Origin: Rhodothermales bacterium
Lineage (GTDB): Bacteria > Bacteroidota > Rhodothermia > Rhodothermales > JANQRZ01
NCBI GenBank assembly: GCA_039944855.1
Contig: JBDUXZ010000001.1
Span: 2,568 to 66,567 of the forward strand
Direction of reading: 5' to 3'
DNA: 64,000 nucleotides
Shown here: positions 18,527-27,657 of the stretch, in pieces
Position numbering within the stretch: position 1 is the first letter of the stretch
Layout: the number at the start of each line of letters is the position of its first letter
Translations under genes and position numbers: made by a program
Notes under the pieces: generated by a model
The model's database searches: none
Seen by the model: the letters and a program-made list of their open reading frames with translations, nothing else
Told to the model about the DNA's origin: nothing

Positions 18527-19912
18527 ATGCCCGACTTCGCGCCCATACCCTGCTGCATCGAAGCGCCCCCGGCGTTCGTGCCGAAGGCGCGCTGGGCACT
18601 CGACGCGCTGCTTGCGCCGCTCGGTCTTGCGCCGGTGTGGACGGAGCGCGATGCGCTCGACGCCGGGCTCTACTACGGTCCGACGCCGGACGGCCTGCCC
18701 GCCGACGTGCTCGCCCTCCGCCTGCATCCCGCGACGACGGACTACTTCGACAGCGGTGAAGTCTACGACCCCAACGGCGCGAGCAAGCTGGCATGGGACG
18801 GCGAGCGCTGGCCCGTCCTGTTTCCGTACGAGCAGCCCGCGCCGGCCGACCTCATCGCCTCCGCCTTCTTCTGGCTTTCGGGCTGGCAGGAGGTCACGAC
18901 GCGCGAGCGCGACGAGCACGGCCGCTTCCCGTATCGCGCCTCGCTCCAGGCCACGCTCGGCTGCGCGGCGCAGCCCGTCGTAGACGTGTACCGCGAAGTG
19001 CTCGCAGACAAGTTGGCGGCGCTCGGCGTCCCGGTTCGGCGGCAGTTGTGGGAGGGGAAGGCGTGGGCCGTGGCGCTCTCGCACGACGTGGACCTGCTGC
19101 GGAAGCGGCGGCTCGGGACCGTCGCCCGCTCGTTCGTCCGCCGGGATGGGCAGCGCGGCGCAGCGCTCCGGCAGGCCGCTCTCGCCCCCGATCCCCGGCG
19201 TGAGAGCCTCCGCCGTATGGCCGAGGCCGAGCAGGAGCGCGGGGTCGGCGCGACGTACTTCTTCAAGACGGCGGCGCGCGGGCCGTGGGACGTTCCGTAT
19301 GCCCACGACAGCCCGACCCTCCGCCGCCTCGTCGCAGGCCTCGAAGCGGACGGGTTCGAGATCGGGCTGCACCCGAGCTACTTCGGGCACGACCACCCCG
19401 GCCACCTCGCCGAGGAGCGGGACCGGCTCGCCCGGCTGCTCGGTGCGCCGCCCGTCTCCGTCCGCCAGCACTTCCTCCGCTTCGACGAGGCGACGCCCCG
19501 GCTGCAGCACGCCGCCGGCTTCCGCATCGACTCGACGCTCGGGTTCTCTCGACACGAAGGCTTCCGGCGCGGGACGTGCTTCCCGTTTCGCCTCTTCGAC
19601 ATGCGGATGAACGCGCCGCTCGATCTGTGGGAAGTCCCGCTCGTGGCGATGGACACGACGCTGTTCATGCACCGCGGACTCGACGGGAGCGAGGCGGAGC
19701 GCGTGCTCGGCGACCTCTTCGCCGCGTGCCGCCGCGTCGGCGGGTGCTGCACCGTCCTCTGGCACAACACGACCTACGACGAGCTAGACTATCCAGGGCA
19801 CGCCGCCGTGTTCGAGCGGACGCTTGACCGTGCGATCGCCGAGGGTGCCGCCGTGCTCAGCGTCCGTGACGCCGTCGCAGCCGTGGAGCCGGCCCGGGCG
19901 GGGCGAGGGTAG
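18527..19912 (+). CDS. polysaccharide deacetylase-like protein with extra N-terminal domain
   Basis: The C-terminal half has deacetylase-like motifs (ALSHDVDLL, EIGLHPSY, VRQHFLRF). The track ORF from 17675 is an antisense over-extension, and the first plausible start is the ATG at 18527. Confidence 0.6.
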   Translation: MPDFAPIPCCIEAPPAFVPKARWALDALLAPLGLAPVWTERDALDAGLYYGPTPDGLPADVLALRLHPATTDYFDSGEVYDPNGASKLAWDGERWPVLFPYEQPAPADLIASAFFWLSGWQEVTTRERDEHGRFPYRASLQATLGCAAQPVVDVYREVLADKLAALGVPVRRQLWEGKAWAVALSHDVDLLRKRRLGTVARSFVRRDGQRGAALRQAALAPDPRRESLRRMAEAEQERGVGATYFFKTAARGPWDVPYAHDSPTLRRLVAGLEADGFEIGLHPSYFGHDHPGHLAEERDRLARLLGAPPVSVRQHFLRFDEATPRLQHAAGFRIDSTLGFSRHEGFRRGTCFPFRLFDMRMNAPLDLWEVPLVAMDTTLFMHRGLDGSEAERVLGDLFAACRRVGGCCTVLWHNTTYDELDYPGHAAVFERTLDRAIAEGAAVLSVRDAVAAVEPARAGRG

Positions 19913-20044
19913 CGCAACGGCGTAGATTCGGGGCGTTGGGAGGATCTGACCGGTCGTTGCGCCGTTTCAGCCCTGCCCGTTCGATTCCGGCGCGGCAGGA
20001 CCGTTTCTTCCGTCAGCCGCCCGCGCCCTCACTTCCCCTTCAGC

Positions 20045-23000
20045 ATGGCCGATTCAACGCCTCCGAGCACGAGCGACGCATTGCCCAACGGCGCCGCCCT
20101 CCCCGACGATCTCGCGCTCTTCCTCGACTTCCTCGACCAGTTCTCGGTCGGCGTCAGCATCTACCACCTCGACGACCCGGACGACCCCGGCTCGCTCCGG
20201 CTCGTCCACGCGAACGACGCCGCCTCGCGCGCCGTCGGTTTCGACGTGAAGGCGGAGATCGGGAAGACGTTCAACGAGGCGCTGCCGCAGGCCCTCGAGA
20301 CCGACATCCCGGCGACGTACGCCGAGGTCGCGCTTACTGGCGAGCGGCGGGACCTCGGCGAGGTGGAGTACGGCGACGAGCGAGTGCAGCGGGGTACGTT
20401 CCGCGTCGAGGCCGTCCCCCTCCCGGGCCGCCACGTCGGCGTGATCTTCGAAGAGGTTACGCAGCGGAAAGCGACGGAGGATCGGCTGCGCCTGCTCACG
20501 GCGGCGACCGAGAACGCCCGCGACTCCATCCTCATCACCGGGCCCGAAATCGACGAGCCGGGTCCGGTGATCGTCTACGCGAACTCGGCCTTCACGCGGC
20601 TCACGGGCTACGAACTCCACGAGGTCGTCGGCAAGACGCCGCGCCTCCTTCAGGGGCCGGACACCGACCGTACGGTGATCGACCGGCTCCGCGCCCGGCT
20701 CGAAGCGGGCGAGACGTTCTCCGGCGAGACCATCAACTACCGGAAAGACGGGACGCCGTTCGTGATGTCGTGGGACATCGCCCCGATCCACGGGGGAAGC
20801 GGCGAGATCACGCACTGGGTCGCCACGCAGCGCGACGTGACCGAGCGGCGGCAGGCCGAAGAGCGGCTGCGGCAGAGCGAGGCCGAGTTGCGCAGCATCG
20901 CCGAGGCCACGTTCGAGGGCGTCGTGCTGAGCGAGGGCGGCCGGATCGTGCTCGTGAACGAGACGTTCGCCGAGATGATGGGCTACGCGCCCGACGAGCT
21001 CGTGGGGATGAACCCGGCCGAGGAGGGATACATCACGGTCGCGGCCGAGTCCCACGCCGAGGTCCAGGCCCGCATCGAGGCCGGGTTCGAAGGGGCCTAC
21101 GAGGCCGTGCTCCGGCGGAAGGACGGCTCGACGTTCCCCGCCGAGATCCGCGCGCGGATGATCCGCTTCGGCGGCCGGGACGTGCGGGCGACCGCGGTGC
21201 GCGACGTCACCGAGCGCGTCGCGACGCTGGAGGCGACGCGGCGGCAGGCCCTCCGCTTCCGCGGCATCTTCGACTCCGCCTTCCAACACATCTTCCTCCT
21301 CCGCCCCGACGGCACGCTCGTCGAGGCCAACCGCACGGCGCTCGACTTCGCCGGCGTCGCGGCCGAGGAGGTCGTCGGCGAGCCGATCTGGGAGGCGCGG
21401 TGGTGGGGGCTCAACCCGCGCACGCGCGAGCGCCTCGCCGAGGCCGTGGAGCGTGCCGCCGAAGGCGACCTCGTTCGCTACGTCGTCGACGTCAGCGGGC
21501 AGGGCGACCGCGTCGCCGCGCTCGATCTCTCGGTGAAGCCCGTCGCCGACGAGCACGGCCGCGTCGAGCTCCTCATCGCCGAGGGCCGCGATATCACCGA
21601 AGACGTGCGGACCGAGCAGGAGCTCCGCCGGCTGCAGGAGACTCAGCGCCGCCTCGCCCTCGAGGAGGCCCGCTACCGCCTCGCCGCCCGCGCCACGAAC
21701 GACGCCATCTGGGACTGGGACCTCACGACCGACGAGGTGAAGTGGAACCCCGCCGTCGCCGACCTCTTCGGGTGGACCGACGCCGTCGACGGGACCGACG
21801 CGGCGTGGTGGAAGGAGCACATCCACCCCGAGGACCGCGAGCGCGTCGTCGTCGCCATCCACGACGTCATCGAAGGTGGTGGGGAGACGTGGCGCTCGGA
21901 GTACCGCTTCCGCCGCGCTGACGGGACGTACGCCGACGTGTACGACCGGGGCTACATGGAGCGCGACGACGAGGGAGAGCCCCGCCGGATGGTCGGCGCG
22001 ATGCAGGACGTGACGGAGCGGAAGCAGGCCGAGGTCGCCGTGCGCACGGCGCTCCGCCACGCCGAGGAGGCCGAGCAGCGCAAGACGGAGATCCTCGAAT
22101 CCATCGGCGACGCCTTCTTCTCGCTGGACACGGACTGGCACTTCACGTATGTCAACGAGCAGGCGGGGCCGCTCCTCCAGCGCGACCCCGACGACCTCGT
22201 CGGGAAGAACGTGTGGGAGGCGTTCCCCGAAGCGCTCGACTCCGCGTTCGGTCAGCACTACCAGCGCGCTGTCGAAACCGGCGAGGTCGTCGCCTTTGAT
22301 GCGTATTACCCACCGCTGGAGCGGCACTTCGCGGTCCGGGCCTATCCGTACCCCGGCGGTCTCTCCGTCTACTTCAGCGATGTCACCGCGCAGAAAGAGG
22401 CCGAGCAGGCGCTCCGCGAGGTCGAGGAACGCTTCCGCCTCGCCACCGACGCCGCACAGATCGGGACGTGGGATTACAACCCCATTTCGGGCGCCCTCGA
22501 ATGGGATGCCCGGTGCAAGGCCATCTTCGGCATCGCGCCCGGCGTGCAGGCCGACTACGACGTCTTCCTCGAGCGGCTCCACCCCGACGACCACGCCGCC
22601 ACGAACGCCGCCGTTGAGGGCGCGCTCGACCCCGCCGGCTCGGGGATGTACGACGCGGTCTACCGTGTCTTTCAATCCGACGGCGACGTGCGTTGGATCC
22701 ACGCCACGGGCAAGGGCTTCTTCGAGGGCGAGGGCGACGAGCGCCACGCCGTCCGCCTCATCGGCACCGTTCGCGACATCACCGAGGAGCGCGAGGCCGC
22801 CGAGGCCGTCCGCCGCAGCGAGGCCCAGCTCCTCTCGCTCGTCGACAACCTACCCGAGCTGGCGTGGAGCGCGCGCCCCGACGGCCACATCGAGTTCTAC
22901 AACCACCGGTGGTACGAGTACACCGGGACCACGCCCGAGCAGATGGAGGGGTGGGGCTGGAAGGCCGTCCACCACCCCGACCACCTCGACGACGTAGTCG

Positions 23001-25651
23001 CCCGTTGGCAGCACTCGATCGACGCGGGCGAGGCGTTCGAGATGGAGTTCCCCCTCCGCGCGGCCGACGGGTCGTTCCGGTGGTTCCTCACCCGCATCCG
23101 CCCGCTCCGCGACGACGACGGCGAGATCACCCGGTGGGTCGGCACGAACACTGACATCGACGAGCACCGCCGCCTCCTCGCCGAGCGCGACGAGGCCCTC
23201 GCCCGCGCCGAGACCAGCGAGGCCCGCTACCGCTTCCTCGGCGAGACCCTCCGCCAGCAAGTCTGGACGGCCGAGCCCGACGGCCAGCTCGACTACGTGA
23301 ACAGCTACGTCGTCGAGTTCTTCGGTCGGTCGGCGGAGGAGGTCATCGGCGCGGGGTGGCAAGCCGTCGTTCACCCCGAGGACCTCCCGCTCGTCGCCGA
23401 GCGCTGGGCGCACTCCGTCAGCACCGGCGAGCCCTACGAGGTCGAGTTCCGCCTCCGCCGGCACGACGGTGCGTACCGCTGGCACCTCGCCCGGGCGAAC
23501 GCCCACGTCGATGACGGTGAGGTGGTGAAGTGGTTCGGCGCGAACACCGACATCCAAGAGAAGAAGGAGGCCGAGGAGGTCCTCACCGAGACGAACCGCG
23601 TGCTCGAACGGCGCGTGGCTGAGCGGACGCAGGCGCTCGAGGGGTTCTCCGAAGACCTCAAGGCGCTCCACCGCATCACCTCGGCCGAGCACGACCGGAC
23701 CGAGGACTTCTTCCACGACTACCTCCGCGCCGGGTGCGACATCTTCGAGATGCCCATCGGCATCCTCAGCGAGACGCCGCTCCTCGCGACGGGCGAGCGG
23801 GTGTACCGCGTCCACGCCGCCGAGTCGGCCGTAGCGGGGATCGAGGCGGGGATGGAGATCCCGCTCCGCGACGCGTTCTGCGACGCCGTCGTAGGGACCG
23901 AGCAGACGATGAGCTACGGCGACACGGCCGAGGTCGAAGCGCTGGCCTGTCACTCCGCTTACACGGAGCGCGGGCTCCGCTCGTTCATCGGCACGCCGGT
24001 GTGGGTCGACGGCGAGCTGTTCGGGACGCTGAACTTCATCTCGCCGGAGCCGCGGCCGAGCGGGTTTGCGCCGCACGAGCACGAACTCGTCGAGGTCATC
24101 GCCGAGCTCGTCGGCCGCCTCCTCAGCCAGCAGCGGGCCGAGCGGGCCCGCGCCGAGACCGACGCCCGCTACCGCTCCGTCGTCCGCACGATCGACGAGG
24201 GGCTGATCCTCGTCGACGCCGAGGGGCGCGTCCTGATGAGCAACCCGGCGGCGACGCAGTTCCTCGGGCTCGAAGAGGGGACGCACGACTCCTTGACCGG
24301 GAGCGGGCGTTATACGATTGTCCGGCCTGACGGCAGCCCGTTTCCCGAAGCGGAACTGCCCGAGCGCGAAGTGCTGCACACCGGCCAGGCCGTCAGCGGC
24401 GTCATCCAGGGCATCGTCAGCCCCCGTGGCGGGACGCGGTGGTACTCCGTCAACGCCCGCGCCGCCGAGCACGACGACGAGGGCGCCGTCCGCACCGTCG
24501 TCGTGTCGTTCACGGATGTGACCGAGCAGCGGCAGGCCGAGACGGAGCTGCGCGAGAGCGAGGCCCAACTCCAGAACGCCCAGCAGATCGCCCACATCGG
24601 CAGCTGGAAGTGGCACGTCGCCGACGACGAGATCCAGTGGTCGGACGAGCTCTTCCGCATCTTCGGCCTCGTCCCCGACGCCTTCGATCCGTCGTTCGAG
24701 AGCTACCTCAACTACATCCACCCCGAAGACCGGGACACAATCCGCGAGGGGGTGGCGGGTGCGCTGGAGCGGGGCGGGGGCTTCGAGGTGAACCACCGCA
24801 TCGTCCAGCCCGACGGGACGGTCCGCTACGTCCTCGGGCTCGGCGAGGCCGTACTCGACGACCGCGGCGAGATCGTCGCGCTCCAGGGCACGGCGCAGGA
24901 CGTGACGCAGCAGCACGAGGCCGAGCGCGCGATGCAGCGCTACGCCGACGACCTCGAGGAGCGGAACGCCGAGCTCGAGCAGTTCGCCTACGTCGCCAGC
25001 CACGACTTGCAGGAGCCGCTGCGGATGGTGTCGAGCTTCCTCCAGCTCCTCCAGCGCCGCTACGCCGACCAGCTCGACGAGACCGCCGACGAGTACATCG
25101 CCTACGCCGTCGATGGGGCGAAGCGGATGCAGGTGCTGATCCAGGACCTGCTCGCGTACTCCCGCGTCGGCACGCGGGGCAAGGCGTTCCGGCCCGTCGA
25201 CATGAACCGCACGGTCGAGACGATTCTCACCGACCTCGGCCCGGCGCTCGACGACGTCGACGCCGACGTGCGGGTCGAGCCGCTCCCGACCGTATCGGCC
25301 GACGAGACGCAGATGCGGCAGCTCCTCCAGAACCTCGTCGCGAACGCGGTGAAGTTCCGCGGCGAGGCCACGCCCGAGGTCCGCGTCTCCGCTGCGCGGA
25401 TCCGCGAGGACGACCGCCCGCTGTGGCGCTTCGCCGTGGCCGACAACGGCATCGGCATTGAGGCGCACCACGCCGACCGCGTGTTCCAGATCTTCCAGCG
25501 GCTCCACACCCGCGACGAGTACGAGGGGACGGGGATCGGGCTGGCGATGTGCAAGAAGATCGTCGAGCGGCACGGCGGCCGGATCTGGTTCGAGTCCGAG
25601 CCCGGCGCGGGCACCACCTTCTACTTCACGATCCCCGACCAGCGCACGTAG
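20045..25651 (+). CDS. cytoplasmic multi-sensor histidine kinase (11 PAS/PAC + GAF + HisKA + HATPase_c), 1868 aa
   Basis: Eleven PAC-type domain ends are visible (e.g. DVTERRQAE, DITEDVRTEQ, DVTERKQAE, DITEEREAAE, DVTEQRQAE). A GAF-like block lies at about nt 23670-24125. The HisKA H-box is [12 protein letters not shown]. The HATPase motifs are NLVANAVKF, DNGIGI and [18 protein letters not shown]. No TM segment is seen. Confidence 0.9.
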   Translation: MADSTPPSTSDALPNGAALPDDLALFLDFLDQFSVGVSIYHLDDPDDPGSLRLVHANDAASRAVGFDVKAEIGKTFNEALPQALETDIPATYAEVALTGERRDLGEVEYGDERVQRGTFRVEAVPLPGRHVGVIFEEVTQRKATEDRLRLLTAATENARDSILITGPEIDEPGPVIVYANSAFTRLTGYELHEVVGKTPRLLQGPDTDRTVIDRLRARLEAGETFSGETINYRKDGTPFVMSWDIAPIHGGSGEITHWVATQRDVTERRQAEERLRQSEAELRSIAEATFEGVVLSEGGRIVLVNETFAEMMGYAPDELVGMNPAEEGYITVAAESHAEVQARIEAGFEGAYEAVLRRKDGSTFPAEIRARMIRFGGRDVRATAVRDVTERVATLEATRRQALRFRGIFDSAFQHIFLLRPDGTLVEANRTALDFAGVAAEEVVGEPIWEARWWGLNPRTRERLAEAVERAAEGDLVRYVVDVSGQGDRVAALDLSVKPVADEHGRVELLIAEGRDITEDVRTEQELRRLQETQRRLALEEARYRLAARATNDAIWDWDLTTDEVKWNPAVADLFGWTDAVDGTDAAWWKEHIHPEDRERVVVAIHDVIEGGGETWRSEYRFRRADGTYADVYDRGYMERDDEGEPRRMVGAMQDVTERKQAEVAVRTALRHAEEAEQRKTEILESIGDAFFSLDTDWHFTYVNEQAGPLLQRDPDDLVGKNVWEAFPEALDSAFGQHYQRAVETGEVVAFDAYYPPLERHFAVRAYPYPGGLSVYFSDVTAQKEAEQALREVEERFRLATDAAQIGTWDYNPISGALEWDARCKAIFGIAPGVQADYDVFLERLHPDDHAATNAAVEGALDPAGSGMYDAVYRVFQSDGDVRWIHATGKGFFEGEGDERHAVRLIGTVRDITEEREAAEAVRRSEAQLLSLVDNLPELAWSARPDGHIEFYNHRWYEYTGTTPEQMEGWGWKAVHHPDHLDDVVARWQHSIDAGEAFEMEFPLRAADGSFRWFLTRIRPLRDDDGEITRWVGTNTDIDEHRRLLAERDEALARAETSEARYRFLGETLRQQVWTAEPDGQLDYVNSYVVEFFGRSAEEVIGAGWQAVVHPEDLPLVAERWAHSVSTGEPYEVEFRLRRHDGAYRWHLARANAHVDDGEVVKWFGANTDIQEKKEAEEVLTETNRVLERRVAERTQALEGFSEDLKALHRITSAEHDRTEDFFHDYLRAGCDIFEMPIGILSETPLLATGERVYRVHAAESAVAGIEAGMEIPLRDAFCDAVVGTEQTMSYGDTAEVEALACHSAYTERGLRSFIGTPVWVDGELFGTLNFISPEPRPSGFAPHEHELVEVIAELVGRLLSQQRAERARAETDARYRSVVRTIDEGLILVDAEGRVLMSNPAATQFLGLEEGTHDSLTGSGRYTIVRPDGSPFPEAELPEREVLHTGQAVSGVIQGIVSPRGGTRWYSVNARAAEHDDEGAVRTVVVSFTDVTEQRQAETELRESEAQLQNAQQIAHIGSWKWHVADDEIQWSDELFRIFGLVPDAFDPSFESYLNYIHPEDRDTIREGVAGALERGGGFEVNHRIVQPDGTVRYVLGLGEAVLDDRGEIVALQGTAQDVTQQHEAERAMQRYADDLEERNAELEQFAYVASHDLQEPLRMVSSFLQLLQRRYADQLDETADEYIAYAVDGAKRMQVLIQDLLAYSRVGTRGKAFRPVDMNRTVETILTDLGPALDDVDADVRVEPLPTVSADETQMRQLLQNLVANAVKFRGEATPEVRVSAARIREDDRPLWRFAVADNGIGIEAHHADRVFQIFQRLHTRDEYEGTGIGLAMCKKIVERHGGRIWFESEPGAGTTFYFTIPDQRT

Positions 25652-25684
25652 CGCCCGCTCTGCTCACCCCGCGATCCCACCGCC

Positions 25685-26986
25685 GTGACCGCTACCCTGC
25701 CCATAAACCTCCTCCTCGTCGCCGCCGACGTGTTCGGCTGGCTCGCCGACAGCTCGCTGATGCCCCACGGCTACTGCCTCCGCTGGGACCCCGCGCTCGT
25801 CAGCCTCCACGTCGGCGCCGACACGGCGATCGCGCTCTCGTACTACTCGATCCCGGCCGGGCTCTTCTACTTCGTGAAGAAGCGCGACGACATCGCCTAC
25901 TCGTGGATCTTCGTGCTATTCGGCATCTTCATCCTCGCGTGCGGGACGACGCACCTCATGGAGATCTGGACGCTGTGGCAGGCGAAGTACGGGCTCGAAG
26001 CCGTCGTCAAAGTGGTGACGGCCGTGGCGTCGGTCGTGACGGCGGTGATGCTGTGGCGGCTGCTCCCGGCGGCGATCGCGCTGCCGTCGCCCGAGCAGCT
26101 CCGCGTGGCGAATGCGCAGCTCGAAGACGCGAACGCGCAGCTCGAAGCGGCCGTCGCCAAGCTCGAAGAGGCGAACGCGCGGCTCGAGCGCGAGGTGGTC
26201 GAGCGACGCCGCGCCGAGGCCGCGTTGGAAACGACGACGGTCAAACTCCAGCGTAGCAACGCCGAGCTCGAGCACTTCGCCTCCGTCGCCAGCCACGACC
26301 TCCAGGAGCCGCTGCGGATGGTGTCGAGCTTCCTCCAGCTCCTCCAGCGCCGCTATGCCGACCAGCTCGACGAGACCGCCGACGAGTACATCGAGTACGC
26401 CGTCGATGGGGCGAAGCGGATGCAGGTGCTGATCCAGAACCTGCTCGCCTATTCCCGCCTCGGGACGCGTGCCGAGCCGTTCGAATCGGTCGACACCGAA
26501 GCCGTCGTGCGCGACGTTGCCGACGACCTTTCCGTCGCGATCGAGGAACACGGCGCCTCGCTCACGGTGGACGACCTGCCCACCGTTCAAGCTGACCCGA
26601 CCCAACTCCGGCAGGTGTTCCAGAACCTCATCGCGAACGCGCTGAAGTTCCGCGGCGAGACGGCCCCTGCGGTCCGCGTCTCGGCCGTGCACACCGAGCA
26701 CGTCCTCGCCGACGACGCCTCGGCGGAGGGCTGGCGCTTCGCTGTGGCCGACAACGGCATCGGCATCCCCGCCGAGCACGCCGAGCGGATCTTTCGCATC
26801 TTCCAGCGGCTCCACACCCGCGACGAGTACGAGGGGACGGGGATCGGGCTGGCGATGTGCAAGAAGATCGTCGAGCGCCACGGCGGCCGGATCTGGTTCG
26901 AGTCCGAGCCCGGCGCGGGCACCACCTTTTATTTCACGCTTCCACTCCGTCCTGCACCCATTCAACCCGACCATGCTGATGGTTAA
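25685..26986 (+). CDS. membrane histidine kinase with ETR1-like (ethylene-binding-domain-like) N-terminus
   Basis: Three N-terminal TM helices show [14 protein letters not shown]...[18 protein letters not shown], which parallels Arabidopsis ETR1 AYFSIPLELIYFVKK...FGAFIVLCGATHLINLWT (recalled from memory). These are followed by a heptad coiled coil, an H-box ([10 protein letters not shown]) and an HATPase domain. Confidence 0.85.
   Translation: MTATLPINLLLVAADVFGWLADSSLMPHGYCLRWDPALVSLHVGADTAIALSYYSIPAGLFYFVKKRDDIAYSWIFVLFGIFILACGTTHLMEIWTLWQAKYGLEAVVKVVTAVASVVTAVMLWRLLPAAIALPSPEQLRVANAQLEDANAQLEAAVAKLEEANARLEREVVERRRAEAALETTTVKLQRSNAELEHFASVASHDLQEPLRMVSSFLQLLQRRYADQLDETADEYIEYAVDGAKRMQVLIQNLLAYSRLGTRAEPFESVDTEAVVRDVADDLSVAIEEHGASLTVDDLPTVQADPTQLRQVFQNLIANALKFRGETAPAVRVSAVHTEHVLADDASAEGWRFAVADNGIGIPAEHAERIFRIFQRLHTRDEYEGTGIGLAMCKKIVERHGGRIWFESEPGAGTTFYFTLPLRPAPIQPDHADG
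26108..26191 (+). repeat. four in-frame 21-nt tandem repeats encoding heptads ([28 protein letters not shown])
   Basis: The repeat GCGAAYGCGCAGCTCGAAGNN is read directly from the sequence. It lies between the TM domain and the H-box of the kinase. Confidence 0.8.
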
Positions 26987-27422
26987 CGCAACTCCCCGGC
27001 CCATCGAGATCCTCCTCGTCGAAGACAGTCCCGGCGACGTGACGCTCACGATCGAGGCGCTCCGCGACGCGAAGGTCGCCAACAACCTCCACATCGCGCG
27101 CGACGGCGAGGAGGCGCTCCGCTTCCTCCGCCAGGAAGGCGAGTTCGCCGACCGCCCACGCCCGGACCTCATCCTGCTCGACCTCAACATGCCGCGCAAG
27201 GACGGCCGCGAGGTCCTCGCCGACATGAAGGCCGACGACGAGCTCAAGCGGATCCCCGTCGTCGTGCTGACGACATCGCAGAGCGAGGACGACGTGGCGG
27301 CGGCCTACAACCTCTCCGCGAACTGCTACGTCGCCAAGCCCGTCGACCTCGACCAATTCCTCGGCGTCGTCCGCGCCATCGACGACTTCTGGCTCTCCCT
27401 CGTCAAGCTCCCTTCTGAGTAA
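26973..27422 (+). CDS. single-domain response regulator (CheY/Rcp1-like receiver)
   Basis: Receiver motifs are present: [31 protein letters not shown] and YVAKP. It overlaps the end of the upstream kinase by 14 nt. Confidence 0.9.
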   Translation: MLMVNATPRPIEILLVEDSPGDVTLTIEALRDAKVANNLHIARDGEEALRFLRQEGEFADRPRPDLILLDLNMPRKDGREVLADMKADDELKRIPVVVLTTSQSEDDVAAAYNLSANCYVAKPVDLDQFLGVVRAIDDFWLSLVKLPSE

Positions 27423-27657
27423 CTGAAACGTAAAACGTGAAGCGTAAGGGTATGCTTGAGTCCTCCCCCTGGACAGGGGGAGTCCCGGAGGGGAGGGGGT
27501 AGACCTGGCGTGGCACCGGCCCTCGTTCGACCACCCCTGGCCCCTCCTGTCCAGGAGGGGGACTGCTCCTTCGACTTCGCAGACGCATCCCTAGGGCGTT
27601 CCGTCTCGACGCTTCGTGCCCGGCACCCTCCCGTTTTACGCATCACGCACCCGCCCC
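27423..27657. repeat. nested-palindrome intergenic element inside the sensory operon
   Basis: The outer inverted repeats are CGTAAAACG/TGAAGCGT (27429-27445) against ACGCTTC (27609-27615) and CGTTTTACG (27632-27640). The inner, imperfect inverted repeats are AGTCCTCCCCCTGGACAGG against CCTGTCCAGGAGGGGGACT. No credible ORF is present. Confidence 0.6.
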
